A stretch of DNA of 64,000 nucleotides from a virus. The stretch's first letter is position 1, and each line of letters starts with the position of its first letter. The translations under genes and the position numbers were made by a program. This document shows, in pieces, positions 37,337-46,972 of the stretch. The stretch spans positions 1 to 64,000 of the IMG/VR virus record IMGVR_UViG_3300031746_000007; one strand, written 5' to 3'. Below the pieces are notes generated by a model. That model ran no database searches. It was given only the letters and a program-made list of their open reading frames with translations, and was not told the DNA's origin.

Positions 37337-38274
37337 CGGTCCACCCGCTCCCCGTCGACCCACTGCCACGCCGGCACACCCCAGTGTGGGCGCCACGGTT
37401 GCAACGCCTCACGCCCATTCGGCCGGAGCACCGGCAGCCCCCGCCACCCGCGGAACCGCTCGAGCCGCTTCACCCTCTTCGGATCCCCTCCGACGACGTC
37501 GGCGAAATCGTCAGGCCACACGAACATCCCGCCGGCCGGCGCGACCTGCCCGTGCATCACGAGCGAGTCGTCGTCGACGCGATCGTCTAGCGGGTTGCCG
37601 GCGTCGTCGACGTGCTCGCACCAGCGAAGCATGAGGTCGGGCAACTCGTCTGCCGCCGCCTTCACACCATCAGCCTGCGTCGCGGCGAACGCGGTCATCG
37701 TCTCGGTGCGTACCACGCGCTCCGCCTGCCACCATTGCTCATCCATGACGTCCATGACGCGCTCGGTAGCTTCCCCGAGTGTTTCGCCAGTCACGAGAGA
37801 CATCGCGAGCGCCGACTCGGCGGCTTCGACGTTGCGCACCATCATCGCTGCCGCGTTCTGTTCGTTGCGCAACCGGAGCATTGACTCCCGCTTGCCGAGC
37901 ACGCCTTCGAACCGCGACGCCTCCTCGATCGGGAGCACGACCTCGGCACCGGTGTAGCGCGCCTCGAGTTTTTTGATGTTGCCGATGAGCCCGCGCAACG
38001 CGTCCGTGCGCGCCGCCCGTCCGACCTCATGCACGTGCGACCTCATTTGCTTCGCGAGCTGCGCCTGCCCGGTCAAGATCTGTGCTTTGTAGAGCCGGAG
38101 CTGGTGCGCGGTGAACTTGTCGCTCGTCTTGCCAACGTGCGCGAGCTTTGCTTCGATCTCCTGCAACGCGCGCGTGTAGAAGTCGCGCACCTGTGCCACA
38201 CCGCCGCGCTCTACCACACGAGCGAGCCGGCGGCGGCTCTCCTCGACCATGATCTCATACGGTGCGCGTGCCAC
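37333..38274 (-). CDS. MuF-like minor head protein
   Basis: AERVVRTET, RW..DDRV..SLVMHGQV, RPNGR motifs; between portal and capsid. Confidence 0.75.
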   Translation of the reverse strand: MARAPYEIMVEESRRRLARVVERGGVAQVRDFYTRALQEIEAKLAHVGKTSDKFTAHQLRLYKAQILTGQAQLAKQMRSHVHEVGRAARTDALRGLIGNIKKLEARYTGAEVVLPIEEASRFEGVLGKRESMLRLRNEQNAAAMMVRNVEAAESALAMSLVTGETLGEATERVMDVMDEQWWQAERVVRTETMTAFAATQADGVKAAADELPDLMLRWCEHVDDAGNPLDDRVDDDSLVMHGQVAPAGGMFVWPDDFADVVGGDPKRVKRLERFRGWRGLPVLRPNGREALQPWRPHWGVPAWQWVDGERVDR

Positions 38275-38277
38275 AGC

Positions 38278-39228
38278 CTAATCCGATCGCGTCCTACCGA
38301 GGTACTGCCGCGCGTAATCCTCGAGCGACGTCCCCGAATAGGTCGACTTCTTCTCCTTCTTCTCGGTGTACTCCCCGCGCTCCGCCTTCTTCGCAATCAC
38401 CTCGAGCCCGCGCCCCGGACGGTCCTGAGCTTGCACGATGTCGCGCGCTCGAATTTTGATGCTCCCGCTCGTCAGAACTGTGACCTCTTGCTCGCCTTCG
38501 TTGCCCGGATCGAAGCCGCCTTTCAGGCGATGCGTCATCACGATCGATTCTCGTGGCACCGTGACCTTGAAATAGAACCCGTTCCCTTCGTCGCCTCCGG
38601 CCGACGACAGCGCGGCGAACGTCTGCGCTACTTCTGGCGACTCTGAGAACGACGACAGAACGCCGGCGTCGAGGGTGATCTCGGCGTCCGGATCCTCTTG
38701 AACAGCCTGATATGCTTCGTCGTACATATACGCGAGCGACGAGTTTCCGCGAATGCCTCGCCACAGTTCTATCTTGGGCTTGTCGTACAGAGACTGCGAC
38801 ACAGCGGCGACGGCTGCGATGTCCCGCCGAACACCGTCATCTGCGAGCCCTTTGTTGAACGCACGGCTAACCTGCCCGACGTACTTACCCACATCCTTCA
38901 CGGCATACTCGATGTTGGCCGCCTTCTCGGCCGCGCGCGTGCTGCGTTCCAACTCCTTCTGAATCAACGCACCGCGATCGCCGTGCACCGCTTTCGCGCA
39001 CGCCGCCCGCATCGTCGCCGTCTCCGACGTCCCGGGGGACGCCCGCCAGCCATCCACCAAGCGCCACAACCGGGTCGAGTCACCGCCGGCGCGCGCGATC
39101 GCCTTGTCCGTGTTGCCCTTCTTCACGAGCCCGCGCAGCTCCTCGGGCTTCACCCAGTAGCGTTGCTTGTGCGCCTTCCCGAGACGCTCGACCACCTTCT
39201 CGATCGCGATGAGCCCGGAGCCGGCCAT
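38278..39228 (-). CDS. ADP-ribosyltransferase (R-S-E clade) with N-terminal tag
   Basis: ELWRG, LSSFSES..AQTFA, EQEVTV catalytic pattern; GGAGGAG RBS before ATG 39228. Confidence 0.7.
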   Translation of the reverse strand: MAGSGLIAIEKVVERLGKAHKQRYWVKPEELRGLVKKGNTDKAIARAGGDSTRLWRLVDGWRASPGTSETATMRAACAKAVHGDRGALIQKELERSTRAAEKAANIEYAVKDVGKYVGQVSRAFNKGLADDGVRRDIAAVAAVSQSLYDKPKIELWRGIRGNSSLAYMYDEAYQAVQEDPDAEITLDAGVLSSFSESPEVAQTFAALSSAGGDEGNGFYFKVTVPRESIVMTHRLKGGFDPGNEGEQEVTVLTSGSIKIRARDIVQAQDRPGRGLEVIAKKAERGEYTEKKEKKSTYSGTSLEDYARQYLGRTRSD

Positions 39229-39230
39229 GT

Positions 39231-39410
39231 TTACTCCTCCTCGCGAATGTCGCGCGGGGGCCACGGATCGTCGTCGAGGTCCGGTCCCGGCACCGGGCTC
39301 GGGGGTTCCCCGAACGGGGTCGGGAAGTCCGGACCGTCCATCGGCTCTTGCAGCTTCAGCTCGCGGCGAATGAGCGCGGCGAGCGCCTTCGCGTCAATCG
39401 GCTTTGTCAT
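39231..39410 (-). CDS. 59-aa acidic/Pro-rich protein (not in ORF track)
   Basis: GAGGAG RBS; MTKPIDAKALAALIRRELKLQEPMDGPDFPTPF..EEE*. Confidence 0.6.
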   Translation of the reverse strand: MTKPIDAKALAALIRRELKLQEPMDGPDFPTPFGEPPSPVPGPDLDDDPWPPRDIREEE

Positions 39411-39777
39411 TTTGCTCCTCGTGTGCGTCGTCGTGACACTCCTCGCAGACCGTCACGATGTTGCTCGGGTCGTTCGAATGCCCCTTGTTGCTGCGCAGCG
39501 CTCGACTCACGAGGTTCGGCGTCCCACCTTTGTGGTGCACGCTGAGCATCTTCTGACCGCCGCACTCCTTGCACTTCCACTCGTCCCGCCGGAACACACC
39601 GAGCACGAGCGACGGCGGGAGCCCGCCCTTACCACCGGTCGCGAGCGTGGCACCCTTCTCCTTCGCCTCTGCCTGCATCTTCGCGAGAGCCTTCTCCTCG
39701 TTCTGCGAGAGCTTGGGCTCCTCTTCTTTGGCGGGAGGTGTCCGGTTCTTCGCCAGCTTCACGACCGCTTCGCTCAT
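39394..39777 (-). CDS. HNH endonuclease
   Basis: VFRRDEWKCKECG..VHH..NIVTVCEECH. Confidence 0.8.
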   Translation of the reverse strand: MSEAVVKLAKNRTPPAKEEEPKLSQNEEKALAKMQAEAKEKGATLATGGKGGLPPSLVLGVFRRDEWKCKECGGQKMLSVHHKGGTPNLVSRALRSNKGHSNDPSNIVTVCEECHDDAHEEQNDKAD

Positions 39778-40199
39778 TGCAGCGTCACCTTCCCCGGCAT
39801 CTCCGGTACCTGGAACAACACGGGGTTCTTGTCTTCCGGCGGCGCCGAGATCTCGACGAGGCACCACGACGGACACTTTGCCGCCGCGATCTCCGCCGCA
39901 CTGCGGCAGCTGTCACACGCCCCGACGTCGGACACCTTGATCATCGGACCGTACTTCGTTGGGATCGTCGGCACCGTGCACGAACCATCCGGGTTCGACA
40001 CCATGATCTGCGCGACGAACTCGGGGTTGCGCTGCACCAGCTCGTCGAGCAACACGAGCACGCGAATCCGCACCGACGCCGGTCGACCGCACTGCTCGCA
40101 CCGCTTATTGAGAGCGGCGATATGCGTCTCGCGCGCTGTCATCTCGCCGCTCACGAACTTTCGAATGTGCTCCGGCGTCCGATTGTTCATCTTCTTCAT
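39774..40199 (-). CDS. hypothetical zinc-binding protein
   Basis: CEQC..CDSC; GGAGGAG RBS. Confidence 0.6.
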   Translation of the reverse strand: MKKMNNRTPEHIRKFVSGEMTARETHIAALNKRCEQCGRPASVRIRVLVLLDELVQRNPEFVAQIMVSNPDGSCTVPTIPTKYGPMIKVSDVGACDSCRSAAEIAAAKCPSWCLVEISAPPEDKNPVLFQVPEMPGKVTLQ

Positions 40200-40666
40200 C
40201 GTTTCGCTCCTCCTGCGAAAACAGGTTCACCGTAGATCTGACTCACCACTGACCAGCTCACAGCCATCGGACCGTGCCCGAGTCGCAACCCCCGATCATC
40301 GACGAACAAGTCGGCGATCGGTTTGCCTTGCGCCCCGTCGTCGATCGCATCGAACACCCCCGGCAGCTCCTTCGCGACAAAGTCGAGCATCTGTTGATAG
40401 CGCGCCTGGTTCAGAACCTTGTCGGCATCCCACGTTTTCTGGTGCACCTTTCGCACCCCCGCGCGCACCATAGGGTCGAGCGCCGCATCCTCGCGCAGCG
40501 CTCGGTTCGCTCGAGCGGAGTACAGTAGCAGACTGTGCCCGGCCGCCTTGAGAGACGCTAGCCCGGCCTTCGCCCCGGGTACGAACATGAGCCCCGACGT
40601 GACGTCGTCGTACCCGCGCCCGTGCGCGTCGACGACGGTCCCGTCGAAGTCGACAGCGATGAGCAC
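40196..40666 (-). CDS. HAD-superfamily phosphatase-like protein
   Basis: IAVDFDGT, LYSAR, GKPIADLFVDDR. Confidence 0.8.
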   Translation of the reverse strand: MLIAVDFDGTVVDAHGRGYDDVTSGLMFVPGAKAGLASLKAAGHSLLLYSARANRALREDAALDPMVRAGVRKVHQKTWDADKVLNQARYQQMLDFVAKELPGVFDAIDDGAQGKPIADLFVDDRGLRLGHGPMAVSWSVVSQIYGEPVFAGGAKR

Positions 40667-40667
40667 G

Positions 40668-41168
40668 TCATCCCCCGAATCGCTTGTTCTTCTTCGAAGG
40701 CTTGACCTCGGGAACGATCTCCGCGTTCTTCACCACGTCCCCGCTCGTCGTGAGGATGCCGACCTCTTCGGTCGCGTCCTTGCGCGAGGTCGGGTGCGTC
40801 ACCTCTTCGACCAGAACGGTCGGGACATTCTGCGCCACCGCCCGCACGACCGCCAGGAACAACCGATCCTTGACCTGTTGCTCCGCCGGCAGCTGCTCCC
40901 ACGGAACGAGACACGGATGCTCGAGCGCCTCCGGTCGTTTGGCCGGTCCGTACTTCCACCCGGCCTTGAGCTTGTGCTCCATCCATTCAAAGTGACTCTG
41001 CTCCGGCGACTTGCCGGGGTCGGCGATCGCCGACGTGACGCCGGCGATCGCGCTTTCCCGCTGCCATTCCGGAGCGGCGTCCCACGACGGGATAGTGTGA
41101 TCCCCGAGCGTCGTGCAGTAGGCACGGTTTGCTTCGTGAGCAATGCGCGCGATTTCTTCTGCGGTCAT
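40668..41168 (-). CDS. RyR-domain protein
   Basis: HFEWMEHKLKAGWKYG..EHPCLVPWEQLP..KDRLF. Confidence 0.85.
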   Translation of the reverse strand: MTAEEIARIAHEANRAYCTTLGDHTIPSWDAAPEWQRESAIAGVTSAIADPGKSPEQSHFEWMEHKLKAGWKYGPAKRPEALEHPCLVPWEQLPAEQQVKDRLFLAVVRAVAQNVPTVLVEEVTHPTSRKDATEEVGILTTSGDVVKNAEIVPEVKPSKKNKRFGG

Positions 41169-41177
41169 CGACAGCTC

Positions 41178-42929
41178 CTACTCTTCATACGACTCGGAAC
41201 CAGAAGTCGGCTCCTCGGGGTACTGTTCCTCGGGGTACTGTTCGGGACCGCCCGGCACCCCCTCGCCGCCGAGCATGCCCATCGCTTGCTGCATCATCGC
41301 TTGTTGCTGCCCTTGCGCCTCGGATTTGAGACGCGCGATCAACGCCTGCACGTCTTCGACGTCGTAGTATTCGGCGACGAACTGCACCGCGTGATCGAGG
41401 TCGAGCACACCCCCGGTGCGTGCGGCGATTGCCGCTCGAGTCGCCAGCTCGACGTCGGAGAGCAGCGGTTCGAAGTAGTGCGGCCACTGAATCGAGACCG
41501 AGCCACCCTTGCCGAGCTTCGGCTCGACGTAGCTCGTCTCGCCCGTCTCGGGGTCGATGACCTTGCGCTTCGGCAAGATCACGCCAGCGCGTACCGTCTC
41601 CCCGGTCAGGGGATCCGTGGTCTTCGTCTCCTTGAGCTTCTGAACCGCGGCGAGCATCATCTCCGCCAGAACGAGAACGAGCTTCTGCCCGTACTGCTCA
41701 CGCAGCACGTCGGCCTTCGCCAGCATCGACGAGAACGCGCGCTCGATCTCCGTCGCCGTGCTCCGCGACATATCCGGCCGCTCGAGCACGCACTGCGCAC
41801 TCTCGAGCGTGAACCCACGCAACTGACCAGCCAGGTCGAGAGCTGCCTTCGGACCGGAGCCGGAGATCTCGATGTAGCTGCTACTGCTCCCGGTCGGCAG
41901 CTTGATCGCGTTGTCGCTGCCCTTCTTGACGTCGGACATTTCGGCGTCGGTGATGAGGCTCAGCGTCGGATCGCAGTTCGCCACGATGCCCTTGTTGGCT
42001 TGTGCGATGAGAGCGTCGATCGCCGCGATCATCTCGTAGACGCCGTGACAGTCGGGGTCGCCGTCGACGTCGTCCTGCACCGGCAGGTTCTGCGCCCACA
42101 CCACCGGGCAGAACCCGAGCCCGTGCTCGACTACCGTCGACCCGACCGCCGCCCAATCCGGCTCGTCGCCGTCGCCGACCGGCACCGGGTTGAAAAGCAC
42201 GTCTTTCTCTTCGTCGATGATGCGCCGGTACCAGTACGCTTCCTCGCGCCACACGCCGGCAGCGTCGCGCTGCTCGACCGGGTACATGTAGCGCTTCTCG
42301 ATCGACTTGAGCTTGTGCGTCATCCGGTCGGCGAACGTCGGCTGCACCCACCGGGGGTCATGCACCTCGATGACGATCCTGCCTTCGACAAACTGGAACC
42401 CGACGCACGCTGAGCCCATCGCTCCGCCGTACTGCCGCGCCAAAAGCATGAGCGCCCACAACCGCCCCGAGTCGACGAGCGCCCCGAGATAAGCCTCGGT
42501 GTCGGGGTCAGACTCGACCTTCAGAGTCGGGTGTCGCTTCTCCGAGAAGAGCAAGCCGGTGAACCGGTCGACGATGACGCGCACCAGCGGGTATGGTGCC
42601 GAGGGTCGACGGAACTTGATCGGCATCGTCGAGCCCGCGTCGTAGAACCCGGGAGGGATAGTCCCCTGCGACGCGATCGCTTCCGTCTCAATCGGATCGC
42701 AGGCAGTCCCACCATTCCAGTCCACCCGCCGACCGCTGTATGTCTCGCACCGATGCCATGCCCACAGGTAGTTCAGGCGTTGTTGTCGAGGGCTGAGCCC
42801 GAGCCGGGCAACCCGATCGTTCGTTTGCTGCGCAGTCTCGGCAGCACCTACGCTCTTCAGCGTCCGCTGCGCCAATCCGCCCAACAACCTCCGGACCAAG
42901 CCCGGCTCGTAGCTCGTGCCGCTGGACAT
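41178..42929 (-). CDS. portal protein
   Basis: 583 aa after TerL; IVDRFTGLLF, HGLGFCPVVW, SIQWP motifs of SPP1-type portals. Confidence 0.85.
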   Translation of the reverse strand: MSSGTSYEPGLVRRLLGGLAQRTLKSVGAAETAQQTNDRVARLGLSPRQQRLNYLWAWHRCETYSGRRVDWNGGTACDPIETEAIASQGTIPPGFYDAGSTMPIKFRRPSAPYPLVRVIVDRFTGLLFSEKRHPTLKVESDPDTEAYLGALVDSGRLWALMLLARQYGGAMGSACVGFQFVEGRIVIEVHDPRWVQPTFADRMTHKLKSIEKRYMYPVEQRDAAGVWREEAYWYRRIIDEEKDVLFNPVPVGDGDEPDWAAVGSTVVEHGLGFCPVVWAQNLPVQDDVDGDPDCHGVYEMIAAIDALIAQANKGIVANCDPTLSLITDAEMSDVKKGSDNAIKLPTGSSSSYIEISGSGPKAALDLAGQLRGFTLESAQCVLERPDMSRSTATEIERAFSSMLAKADVLREQYGQKLVLVLAEMMLAAVQKLKETKTTDPLTGETVRAGVILPKRKVIDPETGETSYVEPKLGKGGSVSIQWPHYFEPLLSDVELATRAAIAARTGGVLDLDHAVQFVAEYYDVEDVQALIARLKSEAQGQQQAMMQQAMGMLGGEGVPGGPEQYPEEQYPEEPTSGSESYEE

Positions 42930-42932
42930 CGG

Positions 42933-43328
42933 TTACTCCTTCACAGGCTCCGGCACGCGACGCGCGAGCGGGCGATCCCCGAGCACGTCTGCCTTCTGCG
43001 CGAGGTCGACCGCGACCGAGGCGACGATCATCCACTTCTCGGATGACTCGGGCCGCGGGGGTTTGCCCTCGACCATTTGCTGCCCCTTCTCGTCCTTGGT
43101 GATCTTCTGATCGACCGGCTGCATCGCCAACATCGTGCACGCGCGCGCGACGTCGAGCATGCTGAGCGATACGGTCTTCGCCAACACCGCGATCTTCTCG
43201 TCGAGCTGCCGGCCGATCGACACGATCGACACAGGGGTCTGCATCATCTCCGGCGGGATGCCCGGCACCGCAGACAACCGCGCTGCCTGGTCGTGATTCA
43301 AAGCCTGCTTCAAGTCTTCGCCTTCCAT
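42933..43328 (-). CDS. hypothetical protein between TerL and portal
   Basis: GGAGGAG RBS, own candidate promoter 43349-43377. Confidence 0.6.
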   Translation of the reverse strand: MEGEDLKQALNHDQAARLSAVPGIPPEMMQTPVSIVSIGRQLDEKIAVLAKTVSLSMLDVARACTMLAMQPVDQKITKDEKGQQMVEGKPPRPESSEKWMIVASVAVDLAQKADVLGDRPLARRVPEPVKE

Positions 43329-43373
43329 TGTCGTCTCCTCCTTGTGGTTTTCTACGCTACACTGCCCGACCCG

Positions 43374-44828
43374 TCAACGCGACGTGAGATCGACACGCCC
43401 CGTCTGCATCTTCTTCGAACCCATGCGAGCGCCTTCTCGGGCAAACCAGCTCGCCATGAGCGTGTCGCCGGTGTGCGCGTTGGGGTCGAAGAACAGCATT
43501 TCTTGAATCCACTGCGCGACTTCGGGGTGCATCACACCCCCGCCGTCGTTCGGGATGATCCACTTCCCGTTGCTCATCTCGACCGCGATCGACTCGACAC
43601 CGAACTCCGGGCTCGCCTTGTTCTTGCCGGTCGTGAACGCCCGGATAGGGACCGCGCTGCCGGCGCGCGCGAACTGCAACAAGTAGTCCTGCGCCGCGTT
43701 GTTCTCGACGACCACAATCGAATTGTAGCGATGGTGTGTGTCGATAAGCCGGTTGACGATGTCCGGTCCCGCCCACTTGCCGGCGTCGATATTGATGAGC
43801 TGTCGGGATTCGTCCGGGTGCACGAAGATGGTAAACATCACCGTGCGACCGGCCGCCGCGTGCTTCTGCACCCCGAGGTCGACCCCCGTGAATGACCGCC
43901 CGCGAGTGACGCCGGCCATGATCGGCAAGAGCTTGAGCCCGCGCCCGCGCTCGAGACACAGATCGATCCAGGCTTGCTTGAACCGCGACTCGCTATCGTC
44001 GCGCGCCTGGCACATCATCTGCCGAGCGAACTCGAGCGGGCCCAGCTCGAGACGCCGCTCCTCGATGCGCGACTTCGGCCACCTCTCCGGCCAACGCGGC
44101 TCACCCGTCGAATCCATGACCGGATACCGGAGAGCCGTCCAGGTTGGTTGACGCGCGAACCGGTGCAACGAATCGTCGGGATGATACGCGTTGCCGACAA
44201 TCCACACCCGCGCGTCGCGCGTCAGTCGACCGATGAGCGTCGCGTGAATCCACTTCCAAAGGTCTTCGCGCGCCGCCGGCGTCCGACAGTTTTCATAGTC
44301 GAGGATGTCGTCGAAGATCAACAAGTCGATGCGTGCCCCGACTATGTTGCCGTGGATACCGCACGCCTGTAGCGAGGGGTCTTTGCCAACGACCGTGCGC
44401 TGCACGAACAAGTGATGCGACGTCCAGGGGTCGCCCTTCTTGAGGTGCGGGAACACCATCGCCAGCTCCGCCGAGCTTTCGATGTACTTCGCCACCGTCC
44501 GAACGATCTTCGCCGCCTGCTCGTGCGTGTTGCTGATCACGACGACGCGCGAATTCGGGTTACGCCCCAGCTCCCACAGCACGCGCCCGATCGAGACCTG
44601 TTGCGTCTTGCCGCCTTCGGTGTGGCTCCACAACAACAGTCGTCGATGCGACGACATGAGCCCTTGCCAGGCGACGTGCATCGGCGCCATCTCGATCGGC
44701 GCCCCCGTCATCTCGTCCTTGAGCACGAACTCCATGAAGGCAGAGGGGTCCACCCGCGCCGCTTGCGCGTGGATCTCCTGCGCCTGACGCAGTCGATCTA
44801 GGAACTCCTGACCGGCATCGTCGCTCAT
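43374..44828 (-). CDS. terL: terminase large subunit
   Basis: HTEGGKT Walker A, GARIDLLIFDD Walker B, GVDLG and GDTLMASW nuclease motifs; ATG 44828 overlaps upstream TGA. Confidence 0.9.
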   Translation of the reverse strand: MSDDAGQEFLDRLRQAQEIHAQAARVDPSAFMEFVLKDEMTGAPIEMAPMHVAWQGLMSSHRRLLLWSHTEGGKTQQVSIGRVLWELGRNPNSRVVVISNTHEQAAKIVRTVAKYIESSAELAMVFPHLKKGDPWTSHHLFVQRTVVGKDPSLQACGIHGNIVGARIDLLIFDDILDYENCRTPAAREDLWKWIHATLIGRLTRDARVWIVGNAYHPDDSLHRFARQPTWTALRYPVMDSTGEPRWPERWPKSRIEERRLELGPLEFARQMMCQARDDSESRFKQAWIDLCLERGRGLKLLPIMAGVTRGRSFTGVDLGVQKHAAAGRTVMFTIFVHPDESRQLINIDAGKWAGPDIVNRLIDTHHRYNSIVVVENNAAQDYLLQFARAGSAVPIRAFTTGKNKASPEFGVESIAVEMSNGKWIIPNDGGGVMHPEVAQWIQEMLFFDPNAHTGDTLMASWFAREGARMGSKKMQTGRVDLTSR

Positions 44829-45343
44829 CAGAACTCGTGACCGCAGTTCGGACACGTGGTCAGCTTGCCCTCGCGTGCCGTGAACGTCACCTCGCGCGTC
44901 GCGTGCGAAGCCTCCGCCGACGCCTCGCTCGCCGTCTTCTCTGCCGCCGAGCACAGCTTCGCAATGTCGGCCGCATCGAACCCGGTGCTCTCGAGCAACC
45001 CGTCCGCGGTCTCATTGATCTCCTGTAAGAGGTCGGCGAGCTGCGGTCGGTTCCATTCCGCGGTCTCCGCGCTCCGATTGAGAGCTACCCCGAGAGCGAT
45101 CGCCTTGCGGTCGTCGATGTCGAGGCGCACGATCTTGACGACCGTCCACCCCAGATCGCGCATGACCTGCAACCGACCGTTGCCGCCGATGACCCGCCCG
45201 GTCGACTTCTGCACGACGAGCGGCTCGACCTGCCCGAACTGCAACAGGCTCGCCTTGATCGCGGCAAGGTTGTTCGTCGGATGCTTCCGAGCGTTGCGCG
45301 GGTCTTCAGTCAGCGACCCGATCGGCATGACCTCGACGATCAC
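44828..45343 (-). CDS. ParB/Srx-like domain protein
   Basis: PRNARKH..IKASLLQFGQVEPLVV..IGGNGRL; C-terminal CPNCG. Confidence 0.85.
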   Translation of the reverse strand: MIVEVMPIGSLTEDPRNARKHPTNNLAAIKASLLQFGQVEPLVVQKSTGRVIGGNGRLQVMRDLGWTVVKIVRLDIDDRKAIALGVALNRSAETAEWNRPQLADLLQEINETADGLLESTGFDAADIAKLCSAAEKTASEASAEASHATREVTFTAREGKLTTCPNCGHEF

Positions 45344-45600
45344 GCGGCTGCCCGGCGCGGCTTCTCGAGCCACTCCTCGACCGGAATCTTGAGCTGCTTC
45401 TCGACGGCTACCGCGAGCCACAGAGGTATCGCGCGGTCACCCTTGAGGTACCGCGAGAACGCCGACAGCGACGCGCCGAGCTTCAACGCCAGCTGCTCGC
45501 ACGTCAGCGCATCCTCCTTGAGCAAGAGCGTGACGATCCTCTCAGCCGCCCGCGAATCGGGCTTGAGCGTGATGTACCGCCCCGAAGTAGGTCCACCCAT
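45340..45600 (-). CDS. XRE-family HTH regulator
   Basis: LTCEQLALKLGASLSAFSRYLKG. Confidence 0.75.
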   Translation of the reverse strand: MGGPTSGRYITLKPDSRAAERIVTLLLKEDALTCEQLALKLGASLSAFSRYLKGDRAIPLWLAVAVEKQLKIPVEEWLEKPRRAAA

Positions 45601-45602
45601 GA

Positions 45603-45962
45603 TCAACCTCCGCGTGCTTCCTGCACCCACGCTGCCAGCTGCGGCAGCCCATTGTCATCGACGAAAAAGCGCGGCAGCCCGAGCCGTCGCGCCTCCGCCT
45701 CTTCTCCTCGAGCGCCGGCGGAACCCTTCCACCGAGCCGTGAATACTACCGCGTGACACATCCGAAGCAGGTCGAGCGTTGCCTCGAGCCAGAACTGATC
45801 CGACAACGTCCGGTCATAGAACCGGTACATTGAATGCGGACACACCGGCACCGCACCCGTGAGCGCTACGTGAAACGCGAGTGCCTCTGCCTCGCGCACG
45901 TTGCACTCGACCAGCCACCCCGACTCGGCTCGGAATGGCCCGGCTATGTAGACGCGTCTCAT
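45603..45962 (-). CDS. nucleoside deoxyribosyltransferase-like (DUF4406-type) protein
   Basis: VYIAGPF, CPH, LLRMCHAV, SAGARGE. Confidence 0.75.
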   Translation of the reverse strand: MRRVYIAGPFRAESGWLVECNVREAEALAFHVALTGAVPVCPHSMYRFYDRTLSDQFWLEATLDLLRMCHAVVFTARWKGSAGARGEEAEARRLGLPRFFVDDNGLPQLAAWVQEARGG

Positions 45963-46018
45963 AACCATAACATTTACCACTCCGTTTGTCCTGAGTCAAG
46001 CCCCTTGGCAAAAGAAAC

Positions 46019-46972
46019 CTACAGCCCGATCCCGTCCGCCGCGTTGTCGTCGAAGAGCCCGGCGTCGCGAATGTACCGGCGCACCATCGTCACCGACCGA
46101 TGTCCAGTCTGGCCCATGATCGCGCGCTCCGACTTGCCTGCTCGAGCCGCCGTCGTCACGAGCCCGGCCCGGAGCGAGTGACCGGAGACCTTGGCCGGGT
46201 CTAGCCCGGCAGCCTTGGCCGCCGACTTGATCAGGTTCGCGATGTCCTTGCCGTCGAGCCGCAGCCCGGTCGACTTGCCATGCCTGGTCAGCCCGACGAA
46301 CAGCGGGCCCGCTACGTCTCCGCGCTCGCCGAGCCACACCGTGACCGCGCGCACCGGGCAGAGCGACCCGCCGCGCGGGATGCCGACCTTCCGGCCGGCT
46401 CCTTCCTGGTCGGTCTTCGACCGCCGCAGCGTCACCGTGAGCCCATCCTCGGACGTCGCCAGGTCGACGACGTCGAGCCCTACCAGCTCCGATCGGCGGA
46501 ACGCACCGGCGAACCCGAGGAGGAGGATCGCGCGATCGCGCGTGCCCTTGAGCCCGGACGGAAGGGTCGACACCATAGCCCGGAGGTCCGACAGAACGAT
46601 CGGCGCGACCTGCCGCTGAGCCGTGAGCTTCGTCCGGCGGATGCCTTGAAGCACCGACCGCACCGGTGCCGACGCTCGAGGAGAAGGATACCCGCCGGCG
46701 CGCTGCGCCTCAGAGATCGCGGCGAGAGCCCTCTCGATGGTCGCCACCTTGCGACCGGAATCGGCGAGCTTGGCAATGTAGACGGCTACGGTCTCCGGCG
46801 TCGCCGGCATGAACGAGAGATTGCGCGACCCGCACCACGCCGTGAACGCACCCCAGCTCGTGCGGTAGGCGCGTCGTGTCGCGTCCGACTTGGCCGCCTT
46901 GGCATAGGTGCGTGCCGACTCGAGCGAACGAGCTAGCGCCGCCGGTGCCGCGGGGATGAGGTCAGCACCCAT
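46019..46972 (-). CDS. tyrosine recombinase (Cre/Xer-like)
   Basis: RDRAILLLGFAGAFRRSEL, SKTDQ, GHSLRAG, GHRSVTMVRRY catalytic residues. Confidence 0.92.
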   Translation of the reverse strand: MGADLIPAAPAALARSLESARTYAKAAKSDATRRAYRTSWGAFTAWCGSRNLSFMPATPETVAVYIAKLADSGRKVATIERALAAISEAQRAGGYPSPRASAPVRSVLQGIRRTKLTAQRQVAPIVLSDLRAMVSTLPSGLKGTRDRAILLLGFAGAFRRSELVGLDVVDLATSEDGLTVTLRRSKTDQEGAGRKVGIPRGGSLCPVRAVTVWLGERGDVAGPLFVGLTRHGKSTGLRLDGKDIANLIKSAAKAAGLDPAKVSGHSLRAGLVTTAARAGKSERAIMGQTGHRSVTMVRRYIRDAGLFDDNAADGIGL

